DNA from: Octopus sinensis
Taxonomy: Eukaryota
NCBI RefSeq assembly: GCF_006345805.1
Contig: NC_043013.1
Coordinates: 40,982,001 to 41,046,000 of the forward strand
DNA length: 64,000 nucleotides
Direction of reading: 5' to 3'
The translations under genes were made by a program, and so were the position numbers. Under the pieces are notes generated by a model. It saw only the letters and a list, made by a program, of their open reading frames with translations. It made no database searches and was not told the origin of the DNA. How positions within the stretch are numbered: the stretch's first letter is position 1; every line of letters starts with the position of its first letter. Below, piece by piece: positions 37,291 to 50,110 of the stretch.

Positions 37291-40200
37291 AGAAAGGTTG
37301 AAAGTCTTAAGACTCCTACCCAGGAGAAAGTTGGGAAATATATGTAATGACAGACTTGGAAAATCCTGGAAGGCCTTAGTTACTATGGCAACAATCCAGA
37401 TACTTATTGATCAACCCACAAAATCTGGAGTCAGTATTTTAGATCAGATATTTTGTCCAGGTAACACAGCCAGATTGGATCAACACCTTTGTGTCTAGGT
37501 AGCATCGTCCTATTCAGGTTCTAGTTCTGAAACAGGCACTAGCGTAGCTAGAGTGTGTGCTGCCCAGGGTGGCCCTTCCACATGCTGCCCACCAACCCCA
37601 CATAAAACAATCCCTACAGCAGACTTAAAAGGGGTACCCCTTTAAAAGTTTCATCCAGGGTGGATTGCCACTACTTCCTCCCCCCCACCAATTACACTAG
37701 TGGATCCAGGACTACCCAGACAGGTCAGTTCAAGACCAATGCTACTGAGAAAGGTTGAAAGTCTTAAGACTCCTACCCAGGAGAAAGTGGGGAAAGATAT
37801 GCAATGACAGACTTGGAAAATCCTGGAAGACCTTAGTTACTATGGCAACAATCCAGATACTTATTGATCAACCCACAAAATCTGGAGTCAGTATTTTAGA
37901 TCAGATATTTTGTCCAGGTAACACAGCCAGATTGGATCAACACCTTTGCGTCCAGGTAGCATAGTCCTATTCAAGTTCCAGTTCTGAAACAGGCACTAGC
38001 GTAGCTAGAGTGTGTGTTGCCCAGGGTCTTAGGACTCCTACCCAGGAGAAAGTGGGGAAATATATGCAATGACAGACTTGGAAAATCCTGGAAGGCTTTA
38101 GTTACTATGGCAACAAACCAGATACTTATTGATCAACCCACAAAATCTGGAGTCAGTATTTTAGATCAGATATTTTGTCCAGGTAACAGTCAGATTGGAT
38201 CAACACCTTTGTGTCCAGGTAGCATAGTCCTATTCAAGTTCCAGTTCTGAAACGGGCACTAGCGTAGCTAGAGTGTGTGCTGCCCAGGGTCTTAAGACTC
38301 CTACCCAGGAGAAAGTGGGGAAATATATGCAATGACAGACTTGGAAAATCCTGGAAGGCCTTAGTTACTATGGCAACAATCCAGATACTTATTGATCAAC
38401 CCACAAAATCTGGAGTCAGTATTTTAGATCAGATATTTTGTCCAGGTAACACAGCCAGATTTAATCAACACCTTTTTGTCCAGGTAGCATAGTCCTATTC
38501 AAGTTCCAGTTCTGAAACAGGCACTAGCGTAGCTAGAGTGGGTACTGCCCAGGGTGGCCCTTCCATATGACACCCACTGACTACACAGAAAATCGTCCCA
38601 ATGCTACTGAGAAAGGTTGAAAGTTTTAAGACTCCTACCCAGGAGAAAGTGGGGAAAGATATGCAATGATAGACTTGGAAAATCCTGGAAGACCTTAGTT
38701 ACTATGGCAACAATCTGGATACTTATTGGTTAACCCACAAAATCTGTAGTCAGTGTTTTAGATCAGATATTTTGTCCAGGTAACAGTCAGATTGGATCAA
38801 CACCTTTGTGTCCAGGTAGCATAGTCCTATTCAAGTTCCAGTTCTGAAACAGGCACTAGCGTAGCTAGAGTGTGTGCTGCCCAGGGTGGCCCTTCCACAT
38901 GCTGCCCACCGACCCCACATAAAACAATCCCTACAGCAGACTTAAAAGGGGTACCCCTTTAAAAGTTTCACCCAGGGTGGATTGCCACTACTGCCTCCCC
39001 CCCACCAATTACACTAGTGGATCCAGGACTACCCAGACAGGTCAGTTCAAGACCAATGCTACTGAGAAAGGTTGAAAGTCTTAAGACTCCTACCCAGGAG
39101 AAAGTGGGGAAAGATATGCAATGACAGACTTGGAAAATCCTGGAAGACCTTAGTTACTATGGCAACAATCCAGATACTTATTGATCAACCCACAAAATCT
39201 GGAGTCAGTATTTTAGATCAGATATTTTGTCCAGGTAACACAGCCAGATTGGATCAACACCTTTGTGTCCAGGTAGCATAGTCTTATTCAGGTTCCAGTT
39301 CTGAAACAGGCACTAGCGTACCTAGAGTGGGTACTGCCCAGGGTGGCCCTTCCATATGACTCCCAATGACTACACAGAAAATTGTCCCAATGCAATGTAT
39401 CAGCTACTGAGAAAGATTGAAAGTCTTAAGACCCCTACCCAGGAGAAAGTGGGGAAATATATGCAATGACAGACTTGGAAAATCCTGGAAGGCCTTAGTT
39501 ACTATTGCAACAATCCAGATTCTTATTGATCATCCCACAAAATCTGGAGTCAGTATTTTAGATCAGATATTTTGTCCAGGTAACACAGCCAGATTGGATC
39601 AACACCTTTGTGTCCAGGTAGCATAGTCCTATTCAAGTTCCAGTTCTGAAACGGGCACTAGCGTAGCTAGAGTGTGTGCTGCCCAGGGTCTTAAGACTCC
39701 TACCCAGGAGAAAGTGGGGAAATATATGCAATGACAGACTTGGAAAATCCTGGAAGGCCTTAGTTACTATTGCAACAATCCAGATTCTTATTGATCATCC
39801 CACAAAATCTGGAGTCAGTATTTTAGATCAGATATTTTGTCCAGGTAACACAGCCAGATTGGATCAACACCTTTGTGTCCAGGTAGCATAGTCCTATTCA
39901 AGTTCCAGTTCTGAAACGGGCACTAGCGTAGCTAGAGTGTGTGTTGCCCAGGGTCTTAAGACCCCTACCCAGGAGAAAGTGGGGAAATATATGCAATGAC
40001 GGACTTGGAAAATCCTGGAAGGCCTTAGTTACTATGGCAACAATCCAGATACTTATTGATCAACCCACAAAATCTGGAGTCAGTATTTTAGATCAGATAT
40101 TTTGTCCAGGTAACATATCGAGATTGGATCAACACCTTTGTGTCCAGGTAGCATAGTCCTATTCAAGTTCCAGTTCTGAAACGGGCACTAGCGTAGCCAG

Positions 40201-41875
40201 AGTGTGTGCTGCCCAGGGTGGCCCTTCCATATGCTGCCCACCGATCGATATCACAAAACAATCCCTACAGCAGACCCAAAAGTGGTGCCCCTTTAAAAGT
40301 TCCACCCAGGGTGGATTGCCACTACTGACCCCCCCCCCCATTACACTAGTAGATCCAGGACTACCAGACAGGTCAGTTCAAGAAACAAAACCTGCCTAGT
40401 ATATTGTAGGCCTTAGAACCCTCCATTTCCCACCTCAGTGAGACCATACCTAAATTCCCACCTTTTTTCACATACTTCTATCGACTTGTATATTCTGTCC
40501 TCTTCCTCATTTGCTTCATCAATGTAGTCCTTTCAGAGAATAAAGGTCTAGAATTTATGAGAATCCAACAACCCCTTCACAATCAGGTCATGCATACTAC
40601 AAGGGAAGTTTCTAAACACCAGACTTGGTGAGCTTAGCTTATCAGGTCCCTTGCAAAAATCTTGAATATTCTACAAAAGAAAAAAAAAAACTCCAGATAT
40701 ATTTGCTTATATGCAATGATATAGACTAACACAGAAACTGCTTCAAGCCGATGATGTTTAATCCTTTGAGATTCTGATTGAAGTTGTGTTACTGTATATT
40801 TGCTGAAGGTCTCCCTGCATGGGTGCACCTGTGAATTGTTGAATTACTGTTGCTATATTCTGTATACGGATTTCTTAATTTGTGGTCGTTTTCTTCTCAA
40901 TTTATGGGTGAAGTGGAGAAGAGAGGAGGGATCAAATCAATATCAGCAAACAATGGAAGTTATGCACAGAAAACCGTCCCAATGCAATGTATCTGCTACT
41001 GAGAAAGGTTGAAAGTCTTAAGACTCTTCCCTAGAATGAAGTGGGGAAAGATATGCAGTGACAGACTTGGAAAATCCTGGAAGGCCTTAGTTACTATGGC
41101 AACAATCCAGATACTTATTGATCAACCCACAAAATCTGGAGTCAGTATTTTAGATCAGATATTTTGTCCAGGTAACACAGCGAGATTGGATCAACACCTT
41201 TGTGTCCAGGTAACATAGTCCTATTCAAGTTCCAGTTCTGAAACGGGCACTAGCGTAGCTAGAGTGTGTGCTGCCCAGGGTGGCCCTTCCATATGCTGCC
41301 CACCGATCGATATCACAAAACAATCCCTACAGCAGACCCAAAAGTGGTGCCCCTTTAAAAGTTCCACCCAGGGTGGATTGCCACTACTGACCCCCCCCCC
41401 CAATTACACTAGTAGATCCAGGACTACCAGACAGGTCAGTTCAAGAAACAAAACCTGCCTAGTATATTGTAGGCCTTAGAACCCTCCATTTCCCACCTCA
41501 GTGAGACCATACCTAGATTCCCACCTTTTTTCACATACTTCTATCGACTTGTATATTCTGTCCTCTTCCTCATTTGCTTCATCAATGTAGTCCTTTCAGA
41601 GAATAAATGTCTAGAATTTATGAGAATCCAACAACCCCTTCACAATCAGGTCATGCATACTACAAGGGAAGTTTCTAAACACCAGACTTGGTGAGCTTAG
41701 CTTATCAGGTCCCTTGCATAAATCTTGAATATTCTACAAAAGAAAAAAAAACTATCTCCCGATATATATTTGCTTATATGCAATGATAGACTAACACAGA
41801 AACTGCTTCAAGCCGATGATGTTTAATCCTTTGAGATTCTGATTGAAGTTGTGTTACTGTATATTTGTTGGATTT
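37285..41875 (+). repeat. Modular tandem array of a LINE-derived unit (about 230-250 bp, 10 copies) with full or truncated CACTAG MITEs
   Basis: Unit starts near 37290, 37745, 38027, 38290, 38605, 39060, 39405, 39690, 39955 and 40995; full MITEs at 37537, 38854, 40186 and 41248; higher-order offsets of 1317 and 1062 bp. Confidence 0.95.
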
Positions 41876-43772
41876 TCAAAAGGAGAACCAAAAGGTGGTG
41901 ACAGATACTGAAAATAATTAGATTACAGAGATATGCAAGCCAACTGAACAGACCACATCTTTCTCCAAGTAGAGAATTCAAAACATTTCACAAATAACTT
42001 AGGTCTGTCCTATTCCCAAATTTTCCTACAAGTTTTGCTAGATTTATTATTTTATAAACTAACCTAAAGAATGTAATTTGCAGTTTCGGAAAGTAACACT
42101 TATCACTCAAATCAAATAAAAGATTTGTTGGCCCTGCTGCACGGGGACTGGCAGGTCAAAGACTGAACCTTTTTTTTTTTTAGTTACATTTTACAACATG
42201 CAGAGGAAATATTGAATTGAGGTAGGAGTTGCACTTCAGCTTTGTAAAACCCACCAACAACGTCAACTCAAACAGACCCATTAGTTGGAGGGATGTTTCC
42301 TTAGTAGTGCAAAGGTGTCATCCACTAGGAGCAGAGAATCACCAACAAATGGTGGGTGCAGTGATGCACTACTGTGACACATACATTTATACTAATGTTA
42401 TTTAACTGTCTGCACATTTTTCTTGATCAACTTAGATTTTTGATGAATAAATGAAGAGTACTGAATATTGATAATGGTAAGTAGAGCTTGAAAACTAAGA
42501 TTTAGTTTTCAGACCAAATAAGTTACTGAATTTACACCATGGAAATCAAGTCTTGACCTGAAACAGATTCATCATAAAGAAAATGATATATCCTGGCAGA
42601 ACATGGGCCCTAATGAAAGTTTTACAAAATCAGTGGCAATGCAACAGGAAAAACACCACAAAACAAAACCAAATGTTGAATTTTGATGTAATGTGGCTGA
42701 GACTGGAAATAGATTGACAATGAAAATTAAGGTTTATTTGTTGCCAGAGAAGCAAAGACAAGACAGGTTACCAAAGCAGTATCTGACATACTAATCACAG
42801 CAGAAGATCAAGACCTCACTTTACATGTATTGACCAAGAACATACTGAGATAAAACTGGAAAAGCAATTTGCTGCTATGGGCAACCATGTTTAAAGGGTG
42901 ACCACTTGTTGGGAATGCCCAAATTCACTGGTACTAGGAAGTGACAAAGTGGGAGTGGTGTAAATTCCCATTGTAATGGCAAACATTCAAATTTTATTGC
43001 TAGCAAGTTACATTGAGATGAATATATTCACCCATTATAATTATTGTTAAAATTAAAGTGATGACAAAATTGATACTTATCACATCAAGCCAGTTGATGA
43101 ATTGGATATGAAGAGAACAAACCACTAAATATTCCAAATACAAAACTGGTTTCCATCCAAATTATTGTAGATGGAGAAGAGGTGGAGGTGAAATAAAATA
43201 GTACTTGTATCACAATTGTTAACCTTTCTCAGGTTTTTATGTGTAGTCAAGCTGTACATTTTTGTTGGTTTTATCAATAGATCTGCACCACGGTTGAGTG
43301 AACCAGAATATAGAATTAAATAGAACAGATCCCAATGAGATTACATGGTCATTTTGAAAACCAAGAAAAACAACTTGGTGCTTATAATGGTGTACAAGTT
43401 CACACAGGATGTGCTGAAAGAGTAAGCTTATAGAAAATCTTTGAAAGCTGTATTCTGTCAGTCACTTGAGTTATTTTATTCTTCACTATATCAAGTAGGA
43501 AATCTTATCTATAGAATGAAAGAGACAACTACAAATGTCTGGTTACTTGGTAATGCTTTCACAAATCTCAATACACTGTAATAACTATTTTCCCATGTGA
43601 AAGTGAACTGCTCATATGGTTAGATTTGAACCCACAGTCACAGTAAACTTGATATAGTAACTGCTCTACATGTAAAGACAAGAGCAATATAAGTACAAGG
43701 ATGGCTGCATGGTAAAAAGCTTTGCTTCATGTGTGGGTTTAGTTCTGTCTCGCCGTACAACCCCTTGAAATA

Positions 43773-44195
43773 ATGGTTGACGTCCTGACCCATCGAGGGT
43801 AGGCGCAATAAGGAATATGCCTGCACTGACAGATATTCCAACTTTACAAGCATTTCATGGATTGGCAAACTACTATCAAAGCTACATTCCTAAGATGCAC
43901 ACGTGCTCCATTGAATAACTTATTAAAAAAGGAGTAAAGTGGAATCGGTCCAATAAATGCCAGAACACTTTTGAAGAAATAAATTGTAATCTCGGACACT
44001 ATGATACTGAAATGGACATCATTGTAGTATCTGATGCTTCCAAGCATGGATTAGGTGCAGTTCTACTTCAGTATGAAGACAGAAGCACAAAGTCAGTGGT
44101 TCATGCTTCATGTTCATTAATAGCGGCAGAAAGGAAATATAATCAAATTGAAAAGGAGGCCTAATTAATTTTGCAGTTAAAAAATTTCAGGTTTC
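43773..44195 (+). mobile_element. Ty3/Gypsy RT-connection/RNase H remnant
   Basis: RPDPSRVGAIRNMP..LANYYQSYIP..RAPLNNLLKKGVKW..DIIVVSDASKHGLGAVLLQ..ERKYNQIEKEA..FAVKKF. Confidence 0.9.
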
Positions 44196-44772
44196 TGCAT
44201 TAAATTTATTGCGAGATAGGTGCAGAACATGGACAGGTGTTTGAAGGGAAGGACCTTCACTAAAGCCACGGAGATTCCCAGAAGGCAGGTAAATGTGAAG
44301 TACAAGTTTCGAAATAATGGTGGATAGGGATGGTGACAATAATGAAAATATGGCAGAAGATGATTGTATTCAAAATGTACTCCATAAAAGACAAAATTAT
44401 ATTGGAGTCAACAGAAGTAATCGAAAGGGAATTGAGGCCAATCTGGCAAGATGCATTGATAGTGATTTACCCAAACTGAAATATTTCCTTTTAATCCATC
44501 CATCCATCATGTCTGTCTGTCTGTGTATATATATATATATATATAAAATTTTGAGAACATTCTTTGTGGAAAATAGCGATTTGACGTCTATATCTAGCAT
44601 GTTGGCCGTTCACTTTTAGTGGTCAGTCCTTGAAATTTTGTATGTAAAAATATTTTAATCTTCGGATTTTTTTTAATATGCTGGACTACTGGTTTTAATT
44701 GATTAATATCAATTTCTACCCTTATTAAATTTTTATATATATATATATATATATTTTTTTTTTTTGACAGCC

Positions 44773-44823
44773 AGCTTCCTGAAGATTTCATCTGAATGAA
44801 ACAGTTCTAGTCCTGTAGAAGCT
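44773..44823 (+). ncRNA. Type-I hammerhead fold with weakened stem II
   Basis: Stem I AGCTTC/GAAGCT; core CTGAAGA; stem II TTC/GAA with a T-T closing mismatch; GAAAC; stem III ACAG/CTGT; triplet GTA, predicted cut after 44817; followed by AAATAAAA and flanked by (TA)n. Confidence 0.6.
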
Positions 44824-44989
44824 CCTTCTATAAAATAAAATATATGTGTATATATATGTATATATATATGTATGTTCCAGCCTTCTGACTTTGGAGTACC
44901 TAACTGACGAAATTCTACCATCAGATTACATTACCTTGTTCATTTGGGAAGCCCATTGTTTTTTTATGTTGATTACACAGAAAAATTAG

Positions 44990-45710
44990 GGTTAGTGTGG
45001 CACCATCTTTAACAAAAACAGTATCATGATACAATTCACTGCCAGAAATTTGGAAACGACATGTTGCGGGCATTCATGCTGGAAGCTCCAATACAAACAT
45101 TCCAGAGTATTTGGGTGTCATTCTGAAGACAGTGCAGAGGATTCAGAAAGAGTTGGATGAATAATTGTGATTAAAGGTATGGCAGCTCGGAAAACTCCCT
45201 GATCTTTCTGATAAAAGAATTTGTCGGTGAGGGCCAGACTATGATTGACAATGATCCCTCCAAGTCAATCAGGTCCATCGCCAGGGATATGAGTGTAAGG
45301 TTATCAGGCAGGTAGTGCATGAAGACATTCAGTATTCCTTGTACAAGATAAGAGCCAATTTTTATCCCAAGCCATTAAGGACAAGAGGAAAGACCATGCG
45401 ATGAAGCTCAAGCATCCCTTCCAACAGGACATGCTTTAGTTTTTCTCAGATGAGAAAAATTTGTCAGGATCAGACAGTGAACACAGAATAATTGTTGGTT
45501 TATGTCCCCAAAACATGTACAGAGAGTGCTAAAAATCAAACATCCAGTCAATATCCTGGCGTTAAGAGTGATCACTAGTTATGGTGACATTAAACCTCCA
45601 TTCATCTTCCCACAGCCTCAAACTCAACATGGCAGCCTAGATCGAGTGCCTGGAGGAGATAGTGCTGCCCTGGGTCAAGAGGGTGCCTGCTGGTAGAGGC
45701 CAAATCTAGG
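44990..45710 (+). mobile_element. Tc1/mariner maT (DD37D-like) transposase remnant, 3'-truncated
   Basis: IDNDPSKSIRSIARDM..IRQVVHEDI..FFSDEKN..KIKHPVNI..VITSYGDIKPPFIFP..CLEEIVLPWVKRVPAG; stops before the second catalytic D motif. Confidence 0.8.
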
Positions 45711-46585
45711 GAAGCGATCAGTAAAAACAGACACCACAATATAGATGTTTTCCACATGTGATTTTTACAAATGCTAATTAAATATGAACACATCTATGTT
45801 CATAAAATTTGTTTGCAGCTAAAATTAATGATTGAATTTTTCCAAAACTTCCATCCCTCTGCCCCACCCTGTCTATCTGCTAAAATGAGTTATTTTCATT
45901 TATGCATAATTTAGACAATTTATTTGTATCCCAATAATTGCTTCTGTACCCCCTCAACTTGATCCTCTTGATGCCTTTCTTTAGCTTTTGGAATGATCCC
46001 TATAAATATATCAGAGTAAGTTTCAATCTTGAGTACTACTATGCGTCATATACAGAGAATATCTGGATCTCATCTGAACTATTGCATATACATATATTAG
46101 TGTGATTTTAGAGGGAAATTTTAAATACTCCATTAATAATATTCATACTTGTCCCTGTGACAAGCAGGAAAAACTGATTATTGAAATAATTCTCACATGT
46201 ACAGGAAGTTGTGATCCAATTATACTATGAAGGCCACAAATCTACTGTAAAATATTCATACAAAATATCTTAGATAATGAACAAATAGCCATGTAAGAAC
46301 AGTGAATGATAAACAGGAAAACACCCGTAGATATGAATGACAATGAAAGTGGATAGTTGTAACCATGGTGACCTTGACATAACATTCACGGAAGCAGCAA
46401 TAACATTTCAAAGACAATGTGTATCAGTCAGAGAAACTTTTTTCTTCTATAAACTTAAAACAGCAGAATAAACAGGTTTTTTAAAGCAATAATGATCTCA
46501 TAGAGTAAGTATTTCAAAACGCCTGTAATTTTAGCCTTTGGCGCAATATAGGTGCATCATGTCACCATATGAGTTTTTAGACATG

Positions 46586-47110
46586 AGGCTGCATACTCCC
46601 ATTTCCAAAAAAAAAAAAAAAAGTCAATCTGCATCTCAAAGAACTACAGAGACATCACTTACAGAATATACACTTTCTACTTTTCTAAAATATTCTTCAA
46701 ATATTGAACATTTGATATAGCTAATACTTATCAAGATTCCATAGTTCTCATCAACATACATTTTGTAACTACCACATAACTGCTTGCAGTTTAGGTAATT
46801 GCAAAGAAATCTTCGAGCTCTATTTTCCCATGGGTTCAATATTTAAAAAGGTACAAAATTGGTACAGTAAGTGAATTATATTTAAAAGGTAAATTTCATC
46901 CCATTTTTTCACTTATTCCCTCAGTTGTAGAAGGAATTATAGAAAGAGATCCAGTCATGCTTAATATTTACTCTTTGTCAATTTACTAATACTCTGAAAA
47001 AGCTAATTCGTTGTAACTAATTGTCAAGAAGCAACATTAAAGGATTATGTCATACCTGCAACAGTTGACGTACCATTAACTGAAGACTGGAGTATAAAAA
47101 TATTTTCAGT
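46586..47110 (+). repeat. Diverged duplicate of 48746-49250 (RTE fragment plus AT-rich flank)
   Basis: Shared AGGCTGCATACTCCCATTTCC...TTCCCATGGGTTCAATATT...GATTATGTCATACCT. Confidence 0.85.
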
Positions 47111-47539
47111 TTTGCATAAACTGGTATTGTAAGCAGAGTTTGGCATTTCTTAAATCACCAGTTAGTATTGTTTGTGTCAAAGTAGGTCTTATTGGGATTG
47201 ATTACTTTTACACACATAAAATGTCCTGGTAGGGTGTAAAAGTAGGGTATTTCCAAAGAAGCTCTCAAGAGTAATCCTAAAAAGATTGAACAATGGACAG
47301 AAATACATAATGGCCACAACTGAAAGTTTTGTCAAGAATTCTATCATAGCTGAATATGGGGTAGGTAGAGACTGAACTTGCATTTTCAGCCTCAGCTTGG
47401 AGTAATTCTTCCAATTCTGTTGCAAAAATGTTTAAATGGAATAATGAAAATTCATGCAAGAATGCTAAAAGTTTCTAATCAAGAAAATTCAGAGACATTA
47501 CTTATCTTACTATTCACCAACAAATATCGCAGTTGAAGT

Positions 47540-48800
47540 TTGCAATTGTTATCAAGCTCTTTCTCTTTCTGTGAGGACAAATACCAACGCACAGTGCTCT
47601 CAACTGGAGCCAATATGAATGCCCATCTTGAAGGAGTGAAAGCCCAAAAATACATATTCCACACAACATTTAACATACAATTTTCATGCTGGCACGGAAT
47701 GGACAAATTCTATGAACAGGCTACAAATAACTTGCTAATAGCTAACTGAATTTATTCTTGAAACCAGTAGATTTAAACATATTGCAAAAGAAACTCTCCA
47801 AGCTATATACATTCATCTATGCCAAAGGATTGAAGAACCATCAAATTTAAATGATCAACAAAAAATTGGTGAATAGTACTTTAAACAGTTTTACAATTAC
47901 TCTGACCTGCAAATTATACCCAATTGAATGCCCATCAAATTCACTTTCTGTTGAACTGTTTCAGTCTTCCAAATTCCCTTTATTGCACAGCACACCAAGC
48001 TATCTCTAATTGGAACACTTTGAAATCAATTCATTTCAGTACAGGATTTAACTACTATGGCATTCTCGACAATGTGGCCAGAACCATGCTCTTGTAAGTG
48101 GAGGCAATATGAATGCCCATCTTGAAAGAGTCAACGCCCATAGGAATTCCACACATTTATCATCTATTTTCCATGATCGAATGGGTTGGACAAAATGACA
48201 AACAGAAATGGCCAATATCTAACTGAATTTATACTTGAGGTTCACTATGTATAAATACCAAACTCTAAACACCATAGGATGTACTAATATAGTAAACAGT
48301 ATACATCCAACACCCTTCAATGAAGCCAGTTTCAAAGACCTACAGAAAGAACGAATAAGGCTACAATCTCAACAACAAACCACATCCAATGTAAAATAAA
48401 TCAAGTTAAAAACAGTGCTGCAAACAAGCAGATGTTATAAGACAAGGAGATGCAAAACCAAGTCAAAAATTGAAGCATAAAAAGTGGAGGGATCATTTTC
48501 AAAATTTGTTTGGGAATATACTCTGTATTTGATAAAGTAACATTGATTATTAACCACACCCTAGATATCATAGCTGGCAATTTCAATATCAAGGAACTGT
48601 AGTAAGTCTTTAAAAGTACTAGAAAGTGAAAGGCAGCTGGACTGGATAACATTCCACATGTCTGGAAAACAGGAGAGTTCAATGACATTCTTTTAAGCTT
48701 CTGCAATACAGTCAATAATGGAAGCACCATTGACAAATAGATATAAGGCTGCATACTCCCATTTCCAAAGAAAGCCAATCTGCATCTCAAAGAACTACAG
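47540..48800 (+). mobile_element. RTE-clade LINE ORF2 remnant (APE C-terminus to start of RT)
   Basis: GANMNAH/GGNMNAH (GDFNA-like) twice; KAAGLDNIPHVWKTGEFNDILLSFCN..GCILPFPKKANL/ISKNYRDIT. A further partial copy at about 50270-50870 is split by an RTE-tail repeat. Confidence 0.8.
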
Positions 48801-49799
48801 AGACATCACTTACAGAATATACACTTTCTACTTTTCTAACATATTCTCCAAATATTGAACATTTGCTATAGCTAATACTTATCTAGTTTCCATAGTTTTC
48901 ATCAACATACATTTTGTAACTACCACATAACTGCTTGCAGTTTAGGTAATTGCAAAGAAATCTTAAAGTTCTATTTTCCCATGGGTTCAATATTAAAAAG
49001 TTGCAAAATTACTAACAATAAGTGAACTATATTTAAAAGGCAAATTTCATCCCATTTTAAAGCTTATTCCTTTAAGCATGAAAGGAAAAAGTAGACAAAC
49101 AGATTTAAATCATGCTTAATATTCACACCAATAATTAAATATGTTGAAGCTAGTTGATTGTAACTATTGTCAAAAAACAACATTTCAAAAGATTATGTCA
49201 TACCTACATCAATAAAAAAGACCTTTAGTTGAGGCTTGAAGTATAAAATAGCATGGCCACATATCAAACATTGTGCAAAATCTCATGTTTTAACAGGAAG
49301 TTTCTGACTTAAGTCCACTTCAGATTTGGATTTTGTCAGTGAACAGGTTTTGGTCTCAAAGCGACGAAAATGTTTTGACAAATTTAAATGTTGAAGTGAA
49401 TCTAACGGTGTTTGTGTGTTTCGCAGATCAGGTCACTTGCTATGCAAGTACTTCTCCATAATATTTTAAGGAGTAGCCTTTTAATAGCTTATTCAGTACA
49501 ATTCAGCTTCATACTAGCAAATGATTTGACACTTAGAATATATATGGCCACATTGGTTTTAAAATATCTAATTTCCATAGCTCATCCCAAGAATCAATAT
49601 AAGTGCCACTCATTCTCAGAGTTTCTAAATTATCAAGAAACCAAATTAAACTCCATACCAAAATCTTCAAAGTATATTCAAGAGGGATTGTGAATACATT
49701 TCTATTTGGCAATTTCTGATCACTGAGTATCAGGACTGTTGCTATGGTAATAGAGCTAAAGTATGCAGTGTGAAGTGGCTTAATGTGCATATGCAACAG

Positions 49800-50110
49800 G
49801 TGAAGGTCTATCTAAACCAAGTTATAGCATTCTCACTCACTCCTTTTTATAGCAGTGCTTGGAAATGTTTAGTGTAGTTGTGTCACTGACAAATTGAGCA
49901 GAGAATCTTCAAATTTAGCCAAAAGCTTGGTGATTTCTGCAGAGACTTTTGTAAAAATTGCATCAAGTGTAAGGGGAGCAGTATATGAGCTGGACAAATG
50001 CTTGAGTGGTTTAAAAGGTCACTGACAAACTGTCGACAGTGACATGTCACAGACAGAACTGATGAAAACATTGTATTGTTCATAAGTATGCTCTATGTAG
50101 TCAGACAGTA
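49800..50110 (+). mobile_element. Mariner N-terminal remnant
   Basis: EQRIFKFSQKLG, GEQYMSWT, EWFKR and RTDENIVL pieces across frameshifts. Confidence 0.55.

Noticed and set aside
37298-41218. Repeated small ORFs MKVLRLLPRRKWG.. as a peptide gene family
   Set aside because: Near-cognate starts in frameshifted CR1 ORF2 3' sequence (the ancestral frame reads ..ERY..TWKILEG); no independent sign of coding.
37285-41875. CRISPR-like or programmed cassette reading of the array
   Set aside because: Units are over 200 bp with no unique spacers and no associated enzyme genes, in a eukaryotic context.
45940-46480. Possible Tc1/pogo DDE remnants (QLYYEGHKST)
   Set aside because: A single weak motif; not enough to call.
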